Assembly: GCF_988243305.1 (NCBI RefSeq) | Contig: NZ_OZ547136.1 | Length of the DNA: 64,000 nucleotides | Reading direction: 5' to 3' (one strand) | Shown: positions 38,223-47,056 of the stretch, piece by piece | Layout of the letters: each line of letters begins with the position of its first letter | Numbering within the stretch: position 1 is the first letter of the stretch | Made by a program: the position numbers and the translations under genes | The notes under the pieces: model-generated | Databases searched by the model: none | What the model was told of the DNA's origin: nothing | Seen by the model: the letters and a program-made list of their open reading frames with translations, nothing else

Positions 38223-38723
38223 ATGCGCATAGTTACCGCTGCCGTCATGGCCTCAACGCTGGCAGTCAGTTCATTAAGCCACGCTGCTGAAGTCGGTTCA
38301 GGCGATAACTGGCATCCGGGTGAAGAACTTACGCAGCGCAGTACGCAGAGCCATATGTTCGACGGCATAAGTTTAACCGAACATCAGCGTCAGCAGATGC
38401 GAGATCTTATGCAACAGGCCCGGCACGAACAGCCTCCTGTTAATGTTAGCGAACTGGAGACAATGCATCGCCTTGTCACCGCAGAAAATTTTGATGAAAA
38501 CGCTGTGCGCGCACAGGCAGAAAAAATGGCGAATGAGCAAATTGCTCGTCAGGTTGAGATGGCAAAAGTCCGCAACCAAATGTATCGCCTGTTAACGCCG
38601 GAGCAGCAAGCGGTTTTAAACGAGAAACATCAACAACGAATGGAGCAGTTGCGCGACGTGACGCAATGGCAAAAAAGTTCATCGTTGAAGCTATTGAGTA
38701 GTAGCAACTCACGTTCCCAGTAG
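38223..38723 (+). CDS. cpxP: Periplasmic Cpx pathway inhibitor/chaperone CpxP
   Basis: 166 aa from [21 protein letters not shown]; two LTXXQ motifs. Confidence 0.9.
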
Positions 38724-38727
38724 TAAA

Positions 38728-38790
38728 CCCTGTTTTCCTTGCCATAGACACCATCCCTGTCTTCCCCCACATGATGTGGGGGTTTTTTTT
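38728..38790 (+). ncRNA. cpxQ: CpxQ sRNA (cpxP 3'UTR-derived) with intrinsic terminator
   Basis: ttttccttgccatagacaccatccctgtcttcccccacatgatgtgggggtttttttt immediately after cpxP stop. Confidence 0.55.
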
Positions 38791-38875
38791 ATCAATTACT
38801 TACATGCAATCAAAAGTAAAAACAGGTACTTATCGAAAGCTGTAAGGGTTTGGAGCGGTTTCAAAATTTCTTGAG

Positions 38876-38894
38876 TGTGGACACTATGTGGACA
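38876..38894. promoter_or_regulatory. Tandem TGTGGACA repeats (candidate Int arm-type binding sites) near attL
   Basis: tgtggacactatgtggaca upstream of int 3' end; recalled P2 Int arm consensus. Confidence 0.35.
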
Positions 38895-38909
38895 TTCAGA
38901 GGGGGAAAT

Positions 38910-39890
38910 TTATAACGTCACTCCGCCTTTTAGTGGATTCAGAGCGACGGCATTTTGCAGATAGTCAGGCGCAAGGTGCGCATAGGCCATCGTCTGCTGA
39001 ATGCTCGCATGTCCCAGAATCTGTTGCAGTGCGATTATATTGCCCCCATTCATCATGAAATGGCTTGCGAATGTATGCCGCAGGATGTGGGTTGCCTGAT
39101 TGGGTGGTATATCAGGTTTCACTCTGCGTAAAATCCCGCAAAATTTCTCATAATCAACTTTGAATAATTTGGCGCTGGCCTCCTCTTTAACTTTTTTCTC
39201 CAGTTCCTCAGAAATCGGCACGGTTCGCTTTTTACCGTTTTTGGTTTTCAGGAAGGTAACCCTGCAATTTGTAATCTGTGCTGGTTTTAGCGTGGCAACT
39301 TCCGTCCATCTTCCTCCGGTGCTCAGACATAAAAGCGCGACAAGTAAGTCATCACCAGCCAAAACATTTAACAGTTTTTCGATTTCTGCTTTTTCCAGGA
39401 ACGTCATTTCAGGGTTGGCCTCCGCCAGTGGCGGCAGTCCGTGAATTGGGTGTTGCCCGGAAAATTCATCCAATTGAATTAATTTTGTGAACATGCCGGA
39501 TAATCGGTACATGTCACGGTTTATCGTTGCGGCACTGATACCATCACGTAGTCGCATGGAACGATAATCCATCAAAGCCCTTTTGCTCATCCTGCTCACT
39601 GGTATATCACCTATGCCGCTGATGGTTTTGAGTAGATGATTAAACTCTTTTGTTCCATGCTCGTGGTTTTGCCCGTGATATTTCCACCAGATGTCCAGCA
39701 ACTCACTCAAAGTCCGGCGGTCTGCTCGCTGGCCTCCCCATTCTTTCTGACTGGCATTGGCGATTGTGTATCGCTCAAATGCTAGTGCTTCAGCTTTTCT
39801 TTCGAATTTCCTGCGGATGCGTTTTCCGTCGCGACCGCGAGGTCTAATGTCCACTTCATAGCGACCATCATCGAGCTTCTTAATTGCCAT
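38910..39890 (-). CDS. int: P2-like tyrosine integrase
   Basis: Protein from MAIKKLDDGRYEVDIRP...; C-terminal HxxR...Y catalytic motifs (ATHILRHTF, MAYAHL). Confidence 0.9.
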   Translation of the reverse strand: MAIKKLDDGRYEVDIRPRGRDGKRIRRKFERKAEALAFERYTIANASQKEWGGQRADRRTLSELLDIWWKYHGQNHEHGTKEFNHLLKTISGIGDIPVSRMSKRALMDYRSMRLRDGISAATINRDMYRLSGMFTKLIQLDEFSGQHPIHGLPPLAEANPEMTFLEKAEIEKLLNVLAGDDLLVALLCLSTGGRWTEVATLKPAQITNCRVTFLKTKNGKKRTVPISEELEKKVKEEASAKLFKVDYEKFCGILRRVKPDIPPNQATHILRHTFASHFMMNGGNIIALQQILGHASIQQTMAYAHLAPDYLQNAVALNPLKGGVTL

Positions 39891-39959
39891 AAGAAAGCCC
39901 TCCGGCGCTGTATTCACCATCTTGGTAGCAAATGGTAAAAATGTAATCTTTATATAGAG

Positions 39960-40253
39960 TTAGCCAATCCTTTTCGCGGAGTGGTTGGACTCTGTTGACT
40001 CTGGCCCAATGTGCGCGAGAGCCGGTGCGATTTGTCCTGCGTCCGGCGCGGTTTTATCTGTCATAAGCCATAGAGCATATTTTTGGAATGTGGGATGCAT
40101 AGTGATTTTTAGCAAAGCTGTGCCACCGGGTTCAAAGTTTCCTCCTTCATATTTTTTAAGTGTGCTTAGCGGTAACTCTATGATTTCACAGAATTTTGAT
40201 TGGCTTAGCCCTTCAGCCTCACGCAAGGCCTTAATCTTTTCGCTTAATTTCAT
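39960..40253 (-). CDS. C: P2 C-like immunity repressor
   Basis: 97 aa; similar to P2 C (…TKYALWLMTDKTAPDAGQIAPALAH…). Confidence 0.8.
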   Translation of the reverse strand: MKLSEKIKALREAEGLSQSKFCEIIELPLSTLKKYEGGNFEPGGTALLKITMHPTFQKYALWLMTDKTAPDAGQIAPALAHIGPESTESNHSAKRIG

Positions 40254-40264
40254 TTGACATGGTG

Positions 40265-40308
40265 CCTATATAGGGACTAAATTCCCTCAAAACTGGAACC
40301 TATATAGG
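40265..40308. promoter_or_regulatory. Early-promoter switch region with two cctatatagg operator-like repeats
   Basis: Two identical 10-bp palindromes between divergent C and cox. Confidence 0.45.
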
Positions 40309-40374
40309 TTCCATTGATTTGAGAATAAACCAGCATCTAAACGGTTTTGAGTGGTTTAGAAAGGGCTGGATCCT

Positions 40375-40662
40375 ATGAGGGTACCATATATGGACGCTGA
40401 AAATTATGTGATTCAGTATCCGCTTGATGCGGTTCATGTGGATAAATTTGCTGATTTATTAGGGAAGCCAAAGACAGCCGTCAGTGAAATGGTGAAGGCA
40501 AATAAATTACCAATTATTGAATTGCGTGATCCTTGCAAACCGAAGGCTCGTGCCGGTGAAAAATGGGTTTTCATTCCTGAGTTTAATCGCGCTGTACGTG
40601 AGGCGTTTTATAACCGACCGGTTGAACAGCGTGATGCATGGCTTTTGTGGATGGGGTTGTGA
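40375..40662 (+). CDS. cox: Cox-like excisionase/repressor
   Basis: 95 aa, similar to P2 Cox (…KLPIIELRDP…RAGEKWVFIPEFN…WLLWMGL). Confidence 0.75.
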   Translation: MRVPYMDAENYVIQYPLDAVHVDKFADLLGKPKTAVSEMVKANKLPIIELRDPCKPKARAGEKWVFIPEFNRAVREAFYNRPVEQRDAWLLWMGL

Positions 40663-40664
40663 TT

Positions 40665-40835
40665 ATGAATGAGCCGCGTTGTATTGCTCAGTTATTGCGT
40701 AACGAAAGCCCCAGGGCGATTGACTTCACTATCACCCACGGTAAGGGGCGTAAGGGAATCATTATCCGCACCAAAAAACAGAGTCCGTTAAAAAAGGCTC
40801 TGACCTTTCTGAAAAGCCGGAGGGTATGGAAATGA
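40665..40835 (+). CDS. Hypothetical early protein (P2 orf78-position)
   Basis: Small ORF between cox and B. Confidence 0.35.
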   Translation: MNEPRCIAQLLRNESPRAIDFTITHGKGRKGIIIRTKKQSPLKKALTFLKSRRVWK

Positions 40836-41332
40836 CAGTGATGACGCTCAATCTCGTTGAAAAACAGCCAGCAGCTATGCGCCGGATAATTGGCAAGCAT
40901 CTTGCCGTCCCTCGCTGGCAGGATACATGTGATTATTATAATCAGATGATGGAGCGCGAACGGCTAACGGTTTGCTTTCATGCACAGTTAAAACAGCGTC
41001 ACGCAACGATGCGTTTTGAAGAAATGAACGACGTCGAACGTGAACGACTGGTTTGTGCAATTGATGAATTGCGTGGCGCATTCTCAAAACGCCGTCAGGT
41101 CGGCGCAAGTGAGTATGCATATATTAGTTTTTTAACAGTCAGTCAGCGTCGTACTTTATTTATGCATGCGGGATTGACAGAAAAAGAATTCAATCAGCCG
41201 TACTGGCGAATTAATGAAGAATCATGTTACTGGCGTGATGCTTTATTCCGTGCATTACGTGAATTATTCAGTCTGTTTGAGTATGCACCGACAATTCTGA
41301 CGTCGGTAAAACCAGAGCAATATCTGCATTAA
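40826..41332 (+). CDS. B: P2 gpB-like replication protein (helicase loader)
   Basis: Similar to P2 B (…LNLVEKQPAAMRRIIGKHLAVPRWQDTCDYYNQMMERERLTVCFH…). Confidence 0.8.
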   Translation: MEMTVMTLNLVEKQPAAMRRIIGKHLAVPRWQDTCDYYNQMMERERLTVCFHAQLKQRHATMRFEEMNDVERERLVCAIDELRGAFSKRRQVGASEYAYISFLTVSQRRTLFMHAGLTEKEFNQPYWRINEESCYWRDALFRALRELFSLFEYAPTILTSVKPEQYLH

Positions 41333-41395
41333 ATAATTAACCAGAGTTTTTAACGCACTTAATCGTGCGGGGCTTCTTTTTGCCTGGAGAAAGTC

Positions 41396-41620
41396 ATGCA
41401 TACAGTTTCTGAAAATCAGTGCGGTAAATACGCATTACTGCTGCAACAGGCCAGAACCGAAGCACAGGCCGACGCTGCGACGCGCTTTTCTTCTCATCTT
41501 GACGCCATGATTCGCCACATCACAAAGGCGGAGTTATCCCGCGTGGAGATAGTTGAGCTGCTCAGTCAGGAGTCGGAAAAATTTCACAATATCGGATTGT
41601 CTCGCGGGGAGGTGCTTTGA
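41396..41620 (+). CDS. Hypothetical early protein (orf80-position)
   Basis: 74-aa ORF. Confidence 0.45.
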   Translation: MHTVSENQCGKYALLLQQARTEAQADAATRFSSHLDAMIRHITKAELSRVEIVELLSQESEKFHNIGLSRGEVL

Positions 41621-41922
41621 TGTCCTGTTCTCGTTCGGTTGTATTACTGAATAACGCCTTAAAAATCGCCGTTATGAAAAATGGTGATTTGTCTCTTATT
41701 CAACTTGGTATTGATAAAGAGAAGCGCGAAATAACTGAATCTGTTATCGCGATTTATCAGAGTGAATTAAACCTCCTGTCTGATGTGGTCAATTTACTTG
41801 TTAAACGCGCTGTATTCCACAAGCAAATTTCCTCAGTGGATGAACTGACAAAATTAACGACAGAACTCGCCAGTTATTGCGCTGATGAATTTAAGAAGCT
41901 GAACGACAAAAGGAGCTGGTAA
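41617..41922 (+). CDS. Hypothetical early protein (orf81-position)
   Basis: 101-aa ORF, translationally coupled. Confidence 0.45.
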   Translation: MMSCSRSVVLLNNALKIAVMKNGDLSLIQLGIDKEKREITESVIAIYQSELNLLSDVVNLLVKRAVFHKQISSVDELTKLTTELASYCADEFKKLNDKRSW

Positions 41923-42146
41923 TGCCGGACAACGTGGATTTTATTCAGGAACAACAGGCTGAATTACTGGAGCGCCAGATTAACGCGGCAAGGGTAAAAC
42001 ATTGCGGTGTTTCTGCGCTGGTTTGCGAAGAGTGTGACGCGCCAATACCTGCTGCCCGTCGTGCGGCTTATCCGTCAGCCACGCGTTGTGTTTCCTGTCA
42101 GTCAGTCTTTGAAGCAAAAAACAAACATTACCGGAGAACGGCATGA
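41922..42146 (+). CDS. TraR/DksA-type C4 zinc-finger protein (orf82-position)
   Basis: CEECDAPIP…CVSCQ. Confidence 0.55.
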   Translation: MPDNVDFIQEQQAELLERQINAARVKHCGVSALVCEECDAPIPAARRAAYPSATRCVSCQSVFEAKNKHYRRTA

Positions 42147-42418
42147 GTATTCGTATTGAAATTGGCGAACGTTATGTCGTTACCAGTGACAGCTTTCAGT
42201 TTATTCTCCACGAGAAAAAGAGAGCGGAAAGCGGTAAAAACGCCGGTCAGGAATGGCTGGCGGTGGTTGGTTATTACCCGAAATTAGGCCAGCTCGTTTC
42301 CGGCCTGATGCATCACGATATTCTGACCGGAAGCGCAAAATCTTTTGCTGATTTAAACGCGCAGGTTGAGCAACTCAGCAAGCGTTGTTCAGAGGCTTTT
42401 GGCTCATATGGCCGTTAA
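42143..42418 (+). CDS. Hypothetical early protein (orf83-position)
   Basis: 91-aa ORF overlapping gpA start. Confidence 0.45.
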   Translation: MSIRIEIGERYVVTSDSFQFILHEKKRAESGKNAGQEWLAVVGYYPKLGQLVSGLMHHDILTGSAKSFADLNAQVEQLSKRCSEAFGSYGR

Positions 42419-44684
42419 AGCCTCCGGGCGTTTTGTCCCTCCGTCAGCATTTACCGCAGGCACCGGTAAGGCGTTTACCGGTGCTTATGCATGGAACGCG
42501 CCACGCGAGGATGTCGGGCGCGAAAGACCTCTTACACGTGACGAGATGCGTCAGGTGCAAGGTGTTTTATCCACGATTAACCGCCTGCCTTACTTTTTGC
42601 GCTCGCTGTTTACTTCACGCTATGACTACATCCGGCGCAATAAAAGCCCGGTGCACGGGTTTTATTTCCTCACATCTACTTTTCAGCGTCGTTTATGGCC
42701 GCGCATTGAGCGTGTGAATCAGCGCCATGAAATGAACACCGACGCGTCGTTGCTGTTTCTGGCAGAGCGTGACCACTATGCGCGCCTGCCGGGAATGAAT
42801 GACAAGGAGCTGAAAAAGTTTGCCGCCCGTATCTCATCGCAGCTTTTCATGATGTATGAGGAACTCTGCGATGCATGGGTTGATGCGCATGGTGAAAAAG
42901 AATCGCTGTTTACGGATGAGGCGCAGGCTCACCTGTATGGTCATGTTGCTGGCGCTGCACGTGCTTTCAATATTTCCCCGCTCTACTGGAAAAAATACCG
43001 TAAAGGACAGATGACCACGAGGCAGGCATATTCTGCCATTGCCCGCCTGTTTAACGATGAGTGGTGGATTCATCAGCTTAAAGGCCAGCGTATGCGCTGG
43101 CATGAGGCGTTACTGATAGCTGTCGGGGAGGTCAATAAAGACCGTTCTCCTTATGCCAGTAAACACGCCATTCGTGATGTGCGTGCGCGCCGCCAGGCAA
43201 ATCTGGAATTTCTTAAATCGTGTGACCTTGAAAACAGGGAAACCGGCGAGCGCATCGACCTTATCAGTAAGGTGATGGGCAGTATTTCTAATCCTGAAAT
43301 TCGCCGGATGGAGCTGATGAACACCATTGCCGGTATTGAGCGTTACGCCGCCGCAGAGGGTGATGTGGGGATGTTTATCACGCTGACCGCGCCGTCAAAG
43401 TATCACCCGACACGTCAGGTCGGAAAAGGCGAAAGTAAAACCGTTCAGCTTAATCACGGCTGGAACGATGAGGCATTTAATCCAAAGGATGCGCAGCGTT
43501 ATCTCTGCCGTATCTGGAGCCTGATGCGCACGGCATTCAAGGATAATGATTTACAGGTCTACGGTTTGCGAGTCGTCGAGCCACACCACGACGGAACGCC
43601 GCACTGGCATATGATGCTTTTTTGTCATCCACGCCAGCGTAACCAGATTATCGAAATCATGCGTCGCTATGCGCTCAAAGAGGATGGCGACGAAAGAGGA
43701 GCCGCGCGAAACCGTTTTCAGGCAAAACACCTTAACCGGGGCGGTGCTGCGGGATATATCGCGAAATACATTTCAAAAAACATCGACGGCTATGCACTGG
43801 ATGGTCAGCTCGATAACGACACCGGCAGGCCGCTGAAAGACACTGCAGCGGCTGTTACCGCATGGGCGTCAACGTGGCGCATTCCGCAATTTAAAACGGT
43901 TGGCCTGCCGACAATGGGGGCTTACCGTGAACTACGCAAATTGCCTCGCGGCGTCAGCATTGCTGATGAGTTTGACGAGCGCGTCGAGGCTGCACGCGCC
44001 GCCGCAGACGGTGGTGATTTTGCGCTGTATATCAGCGCGCAGGGCGGGGCAAATGTCCCGCGCGATTGTCAGACTGTCAGGGTCGCCCGTAGTCTGTCGG
44101 ATGACGTTAACGAGTACGAGGAAGAAGTCGAGAGAGTGGTCGGCATTTACGCGCCGCATCTCGGCGCGCGTCATATTCATATCACCAGAACGACGGACTG
44201 GCGCATTGTGCCGAAAGTTCCGGTCGTTGAGCCTTTGACTTTAAAAAGCGGCATCGCCGCGCCTCGGAGTCCTGTCAATAACTGTGGAAAGCTCACCGGT
44301 GGTGATACTTCGTTACCGGCTCCCACACCTTCTGAGCACGCCGCAGCAGTGCTTAATCTGGTTGATGACGATGTTATCGAATGGAATGACCCGGAGGTCG
44401 TGAGGGCGCTCAGGGGCGCATTAAAACACGACCGGAGAACGCCAAACCGTCAGCAAAGAAACGGAAGCCCGTTAAAACCGCATGAAATTGCACCATCGGC
44501 CAGACTGACCCGGTCGGAACGATTGCAAATTACCCGTATCCGCGTTGATCTCGCTCAGAACGGTATCAGGCCGCAACGATGGGAGCTTGAGGCGCTGGCG
44601 CGTGGCGCGACCGTAAATTATGACGGGAAACCTTTCACTTATCAGGTCGCTGATGATTGGCCGGGATTTTTGTTACCCATTTGA
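42408..44684 (+). CDS. A: P2 gpA-like rolling-circle replication initiator
   Basis: From MAVKASGRFVPPSAF…; HWHMMLF HUH-type motif. Confidence 0.9.
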   Translation: MAVKASGRFVPPSAFTAGTGKAFTGAYAWNAPREDVGRERPLTRDEMRQVQGVLSTINRLPYFLRSLFTSRYDYIRRNKSPVHGFYFLTSTFQRRLWPRIERVNQRHEMNTDASLLFLAERDHYARLPGMNDKELKKFAARISSQLFMMYEELCDAWVDAHGEKESLFTDEAQAHLYGHVAGAARAFNISPLYWKKYRKGQMTTRQAYSAIARLFNDEWWIHQLKGQRMRWHEALLIAVGEVNKDRSPYASKHAIRDVRARRQANLEFLKSCDLENRETGERIDLISKVMGSISNPEIRRMELMNTIAGIERYAAAEGDVGMFITLTAPSKYHPTRQVGKGESKTVQLNHGWNDEAFNPKDAQRYLCRIWSLMRTAFKDNDLQVYGLRVVEPHHDGTPHWHMMLFCHPRQRNQIIEIMRRYALKEDGDERGAARNRFQAKHLNRGGAAGYIAKYISKNIDGYALDGQLDNDTGRPLKDTAAAVTAWASTWRIPQFKTVGLPTMGAYRELRKLPRGVSIADEFDERVEAARAAADGGDFALYISAQGGANVPRDCQTVRVARSLSDDVNEYEEEVERVVGIYAPHLGARHIHITRTTDWRIVPKVPVVEPLTLKSGIAAPRSPVNNCGKLTGGDTSLPAPTPSEHAAAVLNLVDDDVIEWNDPEVVRALRGALKHDRRTPNRQQRNGSPLKPHEIAPSARLTRSERLQITRIRVDLAQNGIRPQRWELEALARGATVNYDGKPFTYQVADDWPGFLLPI

Positions 44685-44940
44685 GTAAAAATACAGCGTG
44701 ATTTTATATGTCTTTGAATGGATTATGCGAAACACCTCTAAGGTAGATGAGGAGCAATAGCGTGTTGAATCAGAAGGCTAAATTGTATTGAATCGTTAGC
44801 ATGTAATTGAAGGCAGCTATTTGATTCGAGTCATAAAAGAGCATCTATTTCGGTTAATAAAACCATTGCGAGTGACTTTATGTCGAAGCATAATTCATCT
44901 CGAGCGAAGTCTTGCTAGTCTTTCATCGGATTGATGACGG

Positions 44941-44975
44941 GCGCAAAAAAACCACCCTGGCAGGTGGTTTTTTTG
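44941..44975. terminator. Bidirectional intrinsic terminator (A-run/hairpin/T-run)
   Basis: aaaaaaaccaccctggcaggtggtttttttg. Confidence 0.6.
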
Positions 44976-44976
44976 T

Positions 44977-45090
44977 TTGAAGCATACTAAAGAAAAATAC
45001 TTACATGGATATTACTGACGTTTACTGACAAACCACTCGGACTACCATATGGATAGCCAAAGAGGGCCAGAACGAGAATGCAGTAATAGC
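44977..45090 (-). CDS. Candidate small protein (37 aa, MKKCYYCILVLALFGYPYG…) with strong SD
   Basis: AGGAGG 4-5 nt upstream of ATG on minus strand; below ORF-track size cutoff; ends at bidirectional terminator. Confidence 0.3.
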
Positions 45091-45822
45091 ACTTCTTCAT
45101 ATCGCCTCCTGTAAGCAGAGGGCAATTTCCGCCGATATATGCGCTTCTAAGGCGGAGTGACTATTGAGCGAAGTCTTGCCCTGAAATAATGCTCTGTTTA
45201 AACGCAAAGTGATCTGGCATATCACCGAACAGAGGACCTGAACAACACAACATATAGTATGTCGTTGTTTCTGGTTGCATTTTATGTTGTGTAATACTGG
45301 TTTTGCATCAAGGATGTTTGAGCTTTTTTTGATATAGCTCAAAGTAAAAAGCAGAGACTACGGATGATAAGGTCTTGAAAGCAATGTAAATTTTTTAAAG
45401 TTGTGAGTGGCTAGAAATGCACAGTTTCAATATGGCGGATTTAAACAAGTAATTAAAAATAGCGACACAAATTCCAATAAAATCATTAAGTTGCGTTTTC
45501 TGTGGAAACTTCGGTGACTCTGAAATTTTCTTTTAGTATCGCTGAGGTTTAACAACTCGCTGCGCAAGTAGTTAGTGTTTTTTTTAACTCAATATTCTGA
45601 TTTATAAGGTTTTTTATAAATCGTGGGCTGGTTGCGCATATTCATCTCGTGTTATCAGCAAAGATAAGCTCTATATGCAGAACTGAATGCATATATGATG
45701 TCGAAAATGTTATGGGAAAACGTGGATTAGTGTTATAGTAATGGCTGAAAAACAGCCTTGACATAAAATAACAACTGTGATATGGCTGTGCATACTTAAC
45801 TTTTTTAACGTAGGAGGCAACC

Positions 45823-46308
45823 ATGAGCTATGCAGCTAAAAAACTGCTTGACCGCTATTGGGATCGCCGACTACCTGTCGATCCGTTTAAGCTTGCTAAA
45901 GCGTGGGGTGCTCGTGTTGAAGCACTTGAGGAATCGGCTTATAACAACGATGGGTTAAGCGGTCTGGCTGTCATCAAAAAGGGTGTCCATAGGATTTATT
46001 TTGATTCTAGTGAACATTCTAATCGTCAACGTTTTACTGTTGCACACGAGTTAGGTCATCATGTGCTGGGGCATACCCAGGACGGAGAGTACCATCGGGA
46101 TAATGTCGGGAATTATTCAACAGGTGCTCGTGATTACCGTGAGGTTGAAGCAAACAAGTTTGCTGCTGAGTTGTTAATGCCTGAGTCTGCTATACGTCAA
46201 TTGGTATCCAGAGAAGGTATTGATAGCACTTTGAGATTAGCAAGCATCTTTAATGTATCAGAAGCCGCTATGCATTGGCGCTTAAAGAGCTTAGGAATGG
46301 CTTATTAA
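45823..46308 (+). CDS. ImmA/IrrE-family Zn metallopeptidase (DUF955-like)
   Basis: HEXXH motif HELGHHVLGH; strong SD AGGAGG; AT-rich cargo gene at P2 tin/old position. Confidence 0.7.
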   Translation: MSYAAKKLLDRYWDRRLPVDPFKLAKAWGARVEALEESAYNNDGLSGLAVIKKGVHRIYFDSSEHSNRQRFTVAHELGHHVLGHTQDGEYHRDNVGNYSTGARDYREVEANKFAAELLMPESAIRQLVSREGIDSTLRLASIFNVSEAAMHWRLKSLGMAY

Positions 46309-46374
46309 TTAGCCTTTAACTTTTAACCTGTTTAAAATCACCTTTACGTTTGTACATGTAAGGGTGATTTTTTT

Positions 46375-46974
46375 ATGGCTGATATTGATTTATCTGGACA
46401 GTCCCCAGAGCAAGGAACCACTCCTAAGGGCGATTTAGATCCTGATATCCTTATAAGGCGAGATAGACGGGATGGTATAGAGCGTAGAAGTATGCGATTA
46501 GTGCTCTCTGCCGTTGTGCTTTGTTTTGCTTGTACATTTCTATGGCAGGGGCTTAACTTTGCTTTGGCTGTTGGAAATGGCTTGCTGGAAGCGAAAAGCA
46601 GTATTGCCGCAGCGATAACACAAAAAGTAGATACACAAACTTGTGTTTCAGCAGAAAAATGTTCTGCTTTATCTTCGGATCCGAAGATGGCTGATGAGAG
46701 GATAACACCATCTTCAGACACTAATAAAGTTAGAAAATCTATTTCTGGTTTATCCACCGATTGGTTATCGGCCAGTTCTCTAATAGCTATTGTTGCATTC
46801 ATCCTTGGTGTGGGTTTAACTTTGCTTTTGACTCTTCTTAAATCAGCATTTCAACACCCGACAGATAAAGACTTTAGAACAAAGTCGACATCTAATACTA
46901 TTGAGTTGGCCACGCCAATCAGTGAATTAATAATTGGTGTTCTGAATATAATTAAAGACAAACTATCTAAGTAA
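46375..46974 (+). CDS. Small membrane protein (two predicted TM helices), co-directional with the metallopeptidase
   Basis: Hydrophobic stretches LVLSAVVLCFACTFLWQGLNFALAVG and LIAIVAFILGVGLTLLLTLL; 66-nt gap after upstream gene. Confidence 0.5.
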   Translation: MADIDLSGQSPEQGTTPKGDLDPDILIRRDRRDGIERRSMRLVLSAVVLCFACTFLWQGLNFALAVGNGLLEAKSSIAAAITQKVDTQTCVSAEKCSALSSDPKMADERITPSSDTNKVRKSISGLSTDWLSASSLIAIVAFILGVGLTLLLTLLKSAFQHPTDKDFRTKSTSNTIELATPISELIIGVLNIIKDKLSK

Positions 46975-47056
46975 AGCATTAGTTGTGATTTTTTATTGGT
47001 TTTAGTGATAATACATCTCCAGTACTTATTGTTACTGGAGAGTATTTTTAGTCGTT

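Noticed and set aside
45097-45342. 81-aa minus-strand ORF in the hotspot non-coding stretch
   Set aside because: No SD, overlaps repeat motif and AT-rich promoter-like DNA; probably not coding (the shorter 37-aa ORF just downstream has far better signals).
45642-45824. 60-aa minus-strand ORF
   Set aside because: Overlaps the promoter/SD of the metallopeptidase gene on the opposite strand; low-complexity AT-rich; likely spurious.
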